A stretch of 64,000 nucleotides of DNA from the human T2T-CHM13v2.0 reference genome, Homo sapiens: assembly GCF_009914755.1 (NCBI RefSeq), contig NC_060936.1. One strand, 5' to 3'. Below are positions 57,852-64,000 of this stretch, piece by piece; position 1 is the first letter of the stretch; every line of letters begins with the position of its first letter. The notes beneath the pieces were generated by a model. The model did not search any database and was not told where the DNA came from. It saw only the letters and a program-made list of their open reading frames with translations. A program made the position numbers and the translations under genes.

Positions 57852-58329
57852 TTAGTGATAAATGCAAAGTAATGCATTTAGTTTCTAAGATGACCAAGCT
57901 GTTAAATAATCAAACGCACACAATTTGAAAAGTTGTTGAAAGGATTGGCTGTATCAAAAAGAAGAAAGGAGAAGGCTTAAAGGAAGAACACACAGCCTTC
58001 TTCATATGTTTATAGGGAATAGGGATTCGATATATAATGTATAAATATAAACAGAAATAATTAATTGCAGGTGAAGAGAGGCAGATTTCAATCCAATATG
58101 AGGAAGTGCTCAGAAAGAACAATGGAAGGTGCTCTCTCAAAATGAAGTTCTTTTCTAGTTCTGGAAGTGTCTATAAATGTGCAAAGACCCTAAGGGGAGG
58201 AATGTGGAGGAGAGAGTTGGAAAATATATCTTTAGATACAATCATGAGGATATTTTATAAAACATAGAGTCTCTTTAATGGTTGGTTCTAAACAAATCTA
58301 AAATATTATCCTTCTCCAATTCACTTTTC

Positions 58330-59570
<1,241 letters not shown>

Positions 59571-60169
59571 CAAACAAAAAAGAATGGGGATGCAGATGAG
59601 AAAAAACAAGCAATCATCGAACAAGCCACCTCAAGGTGGAGTACCATGGAACGTCAGAGGCCTCATGAAAGTCAGAAAAACTGAAGAGCACTTGGGGTTA
59701 GGAATTCAAAGGTGGGCAGCTCTTATACAGACCTTGCCCTCAACAAACCTATAGTCTAATGAGAGTCGATAAACACTTAGCAAAGTATTAATAATATCCA
59801 TGGAGTGTGTAAAGCCCTAGTAAAGGAGGTATACTGGTGGTAAGAAATACCTAATTTTGTGAGGTGGGGGAATGGAAGGATGGGGGAAGGATTGGGTGGT
59901 CAGGGACGCGGTTTAAGCTGAGACTTGAAAGATGATGGAGTAGTTGACCAGGCGGTCAGAGGAACTTGGAAGCGCTATGATTCGGGATCCCACAGACAGA
60001 GATTCAAGGGCACCTTGGCAGATATGGTTTACAGTGACCTCTGGTGTGAGAGATCATTAGCATTGTGAACATGCAAAAACGATGAAGTTCTGCCCTTCAT
60101 TTCACCAGAGCTGGGCTCGCCTCAAATTCCTGGTTCCTTATTCCCGCTGGCTCCCACCAACTGAAAAGC

Positions 60170-61060
60170 AGAGGTGGCTCGCAAGCGGCGGGGCTCTGCC
60201 CTAGATTGCCAGTAGGCGCTCGACTCACATCCAGCTCCACCCCGGGAGATGCCCCAGAAGCCCCGCCCACGTCCAGGCACGTTCTTCTGGGGCTAGTCGC
60301 AGGGGCCGCCCCGGCACCGGCGCTCACGTGACCCGAGGTGTGACGTAGGAGGAAGGAGACGCCATTAGAGGGAGGCAGAGAGGGATCGTTCTTCGCTTTT
60401 CCTCCGGTGCCTGACGTGGTGGGCTGGGGCCCTTCATTCTCGGACTTTCCCTCAGCCCTTCCAGGCCTCGCCCGAGGAGGGCGTGGGGACAGCGCCCGGG
60501 TCGGCGGGGCCGGGGCGGTGGGGGCTGAGCCGGCCGTGGCTGTGAAGGCGCTGCCGCGGCTGTCGGGAGGGCGGCGCGACACTCGGGCTCGGGCGGCCGG
60601 GAAGCGACGGGATGGCTGCGGCCGGCGGCGGCGGCGGCGGGGCGGCGGCGGCGGGCCGAGCCTACTCGTTCAAGGTGGTGCTGCTGGGGGAAGGCTGCGT
60701 GGGGAAGACGTCGCTGGTGCTGCGCTACTGCGAGAACAAGTTTAACGACAAGCACATCACCACTCTGCAGGTGCGGACCTCGGGGAGCGGGAGGGGGCGC
60801 CTCAGGGCCCCTACCCCTCCGGGGCTGGGGAAACTTTGCCGCCCTGGTCCCCTGGATGTAGGCTGGCAAATCTCAGGCCTGTCATCTCCGCCTTCGGTTT
60901 ACCTTTCCGAATTCGCCCTGGGGAATCACCAGGTCGGGGCAGCCTGTAGACGCGAGGACAGGCTGTTGGGAGGGAAGTGGAAGGGCCCTGAAAAGTCCCC
61001 AGTGTTCCCCGTGGTGGCTGCGCACGTTGTGGTCTCCGTCCGTGGGCTGTTTTTTCCCAT
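60170..61060. promoter_or_regulatory. CpG island / RAB21 promoter and 5'UTR
   Basis: Very GC- and CpG-rich; GC boxes at 60261 and 60303, E-box TCACGTGA 60324-60331, TGACGT at 60341 and 60412; no TATA box seen. Confidence 0.92.
60612..60770 (+). CDS. RAB21: RAB21 small GTPase, first coding exon (53 codons)
   Basis: Kozak gggATGG; MAAAGGGGGGAAAAGRAYSFKVVLLGEGCVGKTSLVLRYCENKFNDKHITTLQ with P-loop GxxxxGKT and switch I; CAG|gtgcgg donor; no further exon recognised in the window. Confidence 0.97.
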
Positions 61061-61639
61061 TTACTGCAGTTCCTGGGTCCCAGGTGTCAGTGTTGCAGTC
61101 TCCAAATGTTAGCTCCTTTTCTTTCTTTCAGAATTAGGAACTTAGCTGCGTATTTGATTTTGCGAATTAGGTGATTTGTAACTTCAGCGCTTACTGATGA
61201 CTAAGTGTTTATGCAAGTTCCATTTTGTCCTGAGTAACAGGAATGGCAAAAGAGCCATCTCTGGAGGTTTTTTGAAATGACCGCTTGCCTAGGCGTGTTA
61301 CGCAGTTTCATTGCAGCCTGCGTGGGTCTGACTTGCGGGTCACTCATATTCTGCGAGGTCGATTGACCCACGCTGAAACATCAAGTGAATACTGGCCAAC
61401 AATTGGTCCCCAGACTAAAAGCCGCTGCTGTTACTCAGTTTCTTTACCTGTAAAATAAAAGGTCGGCTTTCTTCCACAGGTACATTGGAAAGGTGTTAAA
61501 ATGTTATCATTGATTGAGAGTGAAGCCAGGCCTTTGAGGGAGTTGTACTCACCCCACCTCTCCCAGAGAAATCAGTTTTGATGTTATTAGGAGAAATTTA
61601 TCCTACTAATTTGACTTACCAATTTGGTCAAAGGCAGTA

Positions 61640-61850
61640 AAGTCTAGTGGACTTTTGAGCCTGATTGTCCAGGTTCATGTCTCACCTCCATCCATTTAAC
61701 TAGCTGTGTCATACTGGGTAAGTTACTTAACCTGTCTGTGCCTGTTTCTTCTGTTAAAATGGCCATAATAGTAGTATCTAGCTCATAGGGTTGTCAGGAT
61801 AAATATACAGAAAAAGCACTGATGACCTGGTCCAGTGTAAGTTGTCTGCC
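61640..61850 (+). mobile_element. MIR in RAB21 intron 1
   Basis: agctgtgtcatactgggtaagttacttaacctgtctgtgcctgtttc. Confidence 0.7.
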
Positions 61851-62614
61851 TTTAATTACCGCCCCAACTTGCACAATAGGTCTTAATTAGTAAATGTGTA
61901 GTATGTGAGAACATCGACACTACTTAATAGAATGCGTAATCTCCTAATTGTTGTGACATTGGATGTTTGATGCTATTATTAAACTACTGAGTCTAGAATT
62001 TACAAGACGCTCTGGCTCTGATTCCATGTTCTATTTTTACTCCTCTGATTTTACTCGTATGTAAAGCATATCTGAAAAAGTGAGTGCCAGGAAACTGCAT
62101 TTTTAAAAAATCCTTGTACCAGAACACTGACAAAATTTTAATAATGAATTGTTATTGTTCAGTGTCATTAGTGAGAGCCTGGTGTTTTAGATCAAGAAAA
62201 TTCACTGGACAAATACCTAGGATCATTTGGAAGTTTAGAGATTTACTTAGGTAAAGTAGTAACAATAGCTAACATTTAGTGAGTTCTTACTGTGCTGATT
62301 ATTTTGCTTGCTTTCTGTCTGCTTGCTTTAATTCTTATAACACCCTATGAAGTGGATAGTTTAGTGGATAGCCCTACAGCTGAGGAAAAACGTTTAGTTG
62401 AGTAATTTTGCTGGCAGTAATATTACCACAAGTCAATGGTGCAGGAGTGTCCAAGCTCAAATTTGAACCCCTGTCTGACTTCAGATTTTGAGCAATTAAA
62501 TCACATTACCTCGGTATATTGATAAATAACCCATCTAGTGTTTTCCTTTATGCAAAGATCTAAGATAAAAGAAAACTATTGTAATTGAGGTCTCCACGTT
62601 TTTTTTCAAAAGAT

Positions 62615-62925
<311 letters not shown>

Positions 62926-63433
62926 TAAATTTCTAAAACATTCTTGAAACTGAAAGCAGAGTAAAGGTTTTTAAATATATGAAAAGCCACTGTACTCCAC
63001 AGAGGGGAGGATGAAGTTATAGTAGATATCCAGTATTAATATCTGAATTATATTATAGAATTTAGGATTTTGTTGTACACCAATGTATGTAAACAGCAAT
63101 GTGTCTAATCTCTTTCAGAGATACCAGTTAACCTCATCTTTCTTAACAATTTTTCAGAGGAATTTGATTTATGTGACTTGTAAGACACAACTTTGTATTC
63201 TTTTAATTTCCAAATGGAGAGGAAATCATGTCAGAAGATATGAGAGGAAGAGTTCACCTTTTTTCTCGTCAACAGAGTACCTGTCTATGTAAACTACTTT
63301 GTATTTTATAAAGTACATTCTCATACATTTCAAAGAATTGCAGGATTGACAGGAATTTAAGACAGTTATGTATGGATCACTATTTTGGTCTTCTAATGTT
63401 TAGTCAAGTGATTGTCCCCCTTTTTTTTTTTAA

Positions 63434-63842
<409 letters not shown>

Positions 63843-64000
63843 TAATTCTCCCCACTGAGTCTTGGTGTCTCATATGACATTCCTTCTGATAGTTGAAGAT
63901 AGCTATCTTGTCTTCTCTTGGGTAAACAACTCTGGCTCCCTTAACTGGATCTCCAGTGACAGTGACATCGTTTTAAATCCTTTCACTTTTTTTTTTTTTG

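Noticed and set aside
60097-60869. 161- and 181-aa minus-strand ORFs and a 112-aa alternative plus frame over RAB21 exon 1
   Set aside because: Stop-poor CpG-island frames with low-complexity Pro/Arg/Ala content
60771-61112. Extension of the RAB21 ORF to 166 aa
   Set aside because: Read-through into intron 1; Rab similarity ends at the CAG|GTGCGG donor

Overview
Primate, almost certainly human, genomic DNA from the TMEM19-RAB21 locus. The left end holds the last four coding exons of TMEM19 (+ strand; 1938-2075, 2782-3036, 4406-4615, 6338-6501, all GT-AG) and a ~3 kb 3'UTR that contains an inverted Alu pair. The right end holds the CpG-island promoter and first coding exon of RAB21 (+ strand; ATG 60612, donor after 60770). 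The ~50 kb between them is mostly transposon debris: about 50 Alus, old fragmented L1s, L2/MIR, MaLR and ERV1 solo LTRs, a near full-length Hsmar2 mariner, MITEs and a processed 5S rRNA fragment. Nearly all ORF-track entries other than TMEM19 and RAB21 are repeat-derived. I find no convincing new multi-gene system. The best leads are: (i) three nested ERV1 LTRs including an LTR10 with an AP-1 repeat ~23.5 kb upstream of RAB21; (ii) a back-to-back acceptor and donor just after the TMEM19 stop; (iii) a ~30-bp L1PA tail that places AATAAA just before the last TMEM19 exon; (iv) CLEAR, CRE and UPRE motifs in the RAB21 promoter; (v) several young tandem duplications and Alu-junction deletion scars; and (vi) speculatively, repeat-free islands with minus-strand exon-like signals. 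Repeat subfamilies come from recalled consensus sequences and repeat boundaries are approximate.
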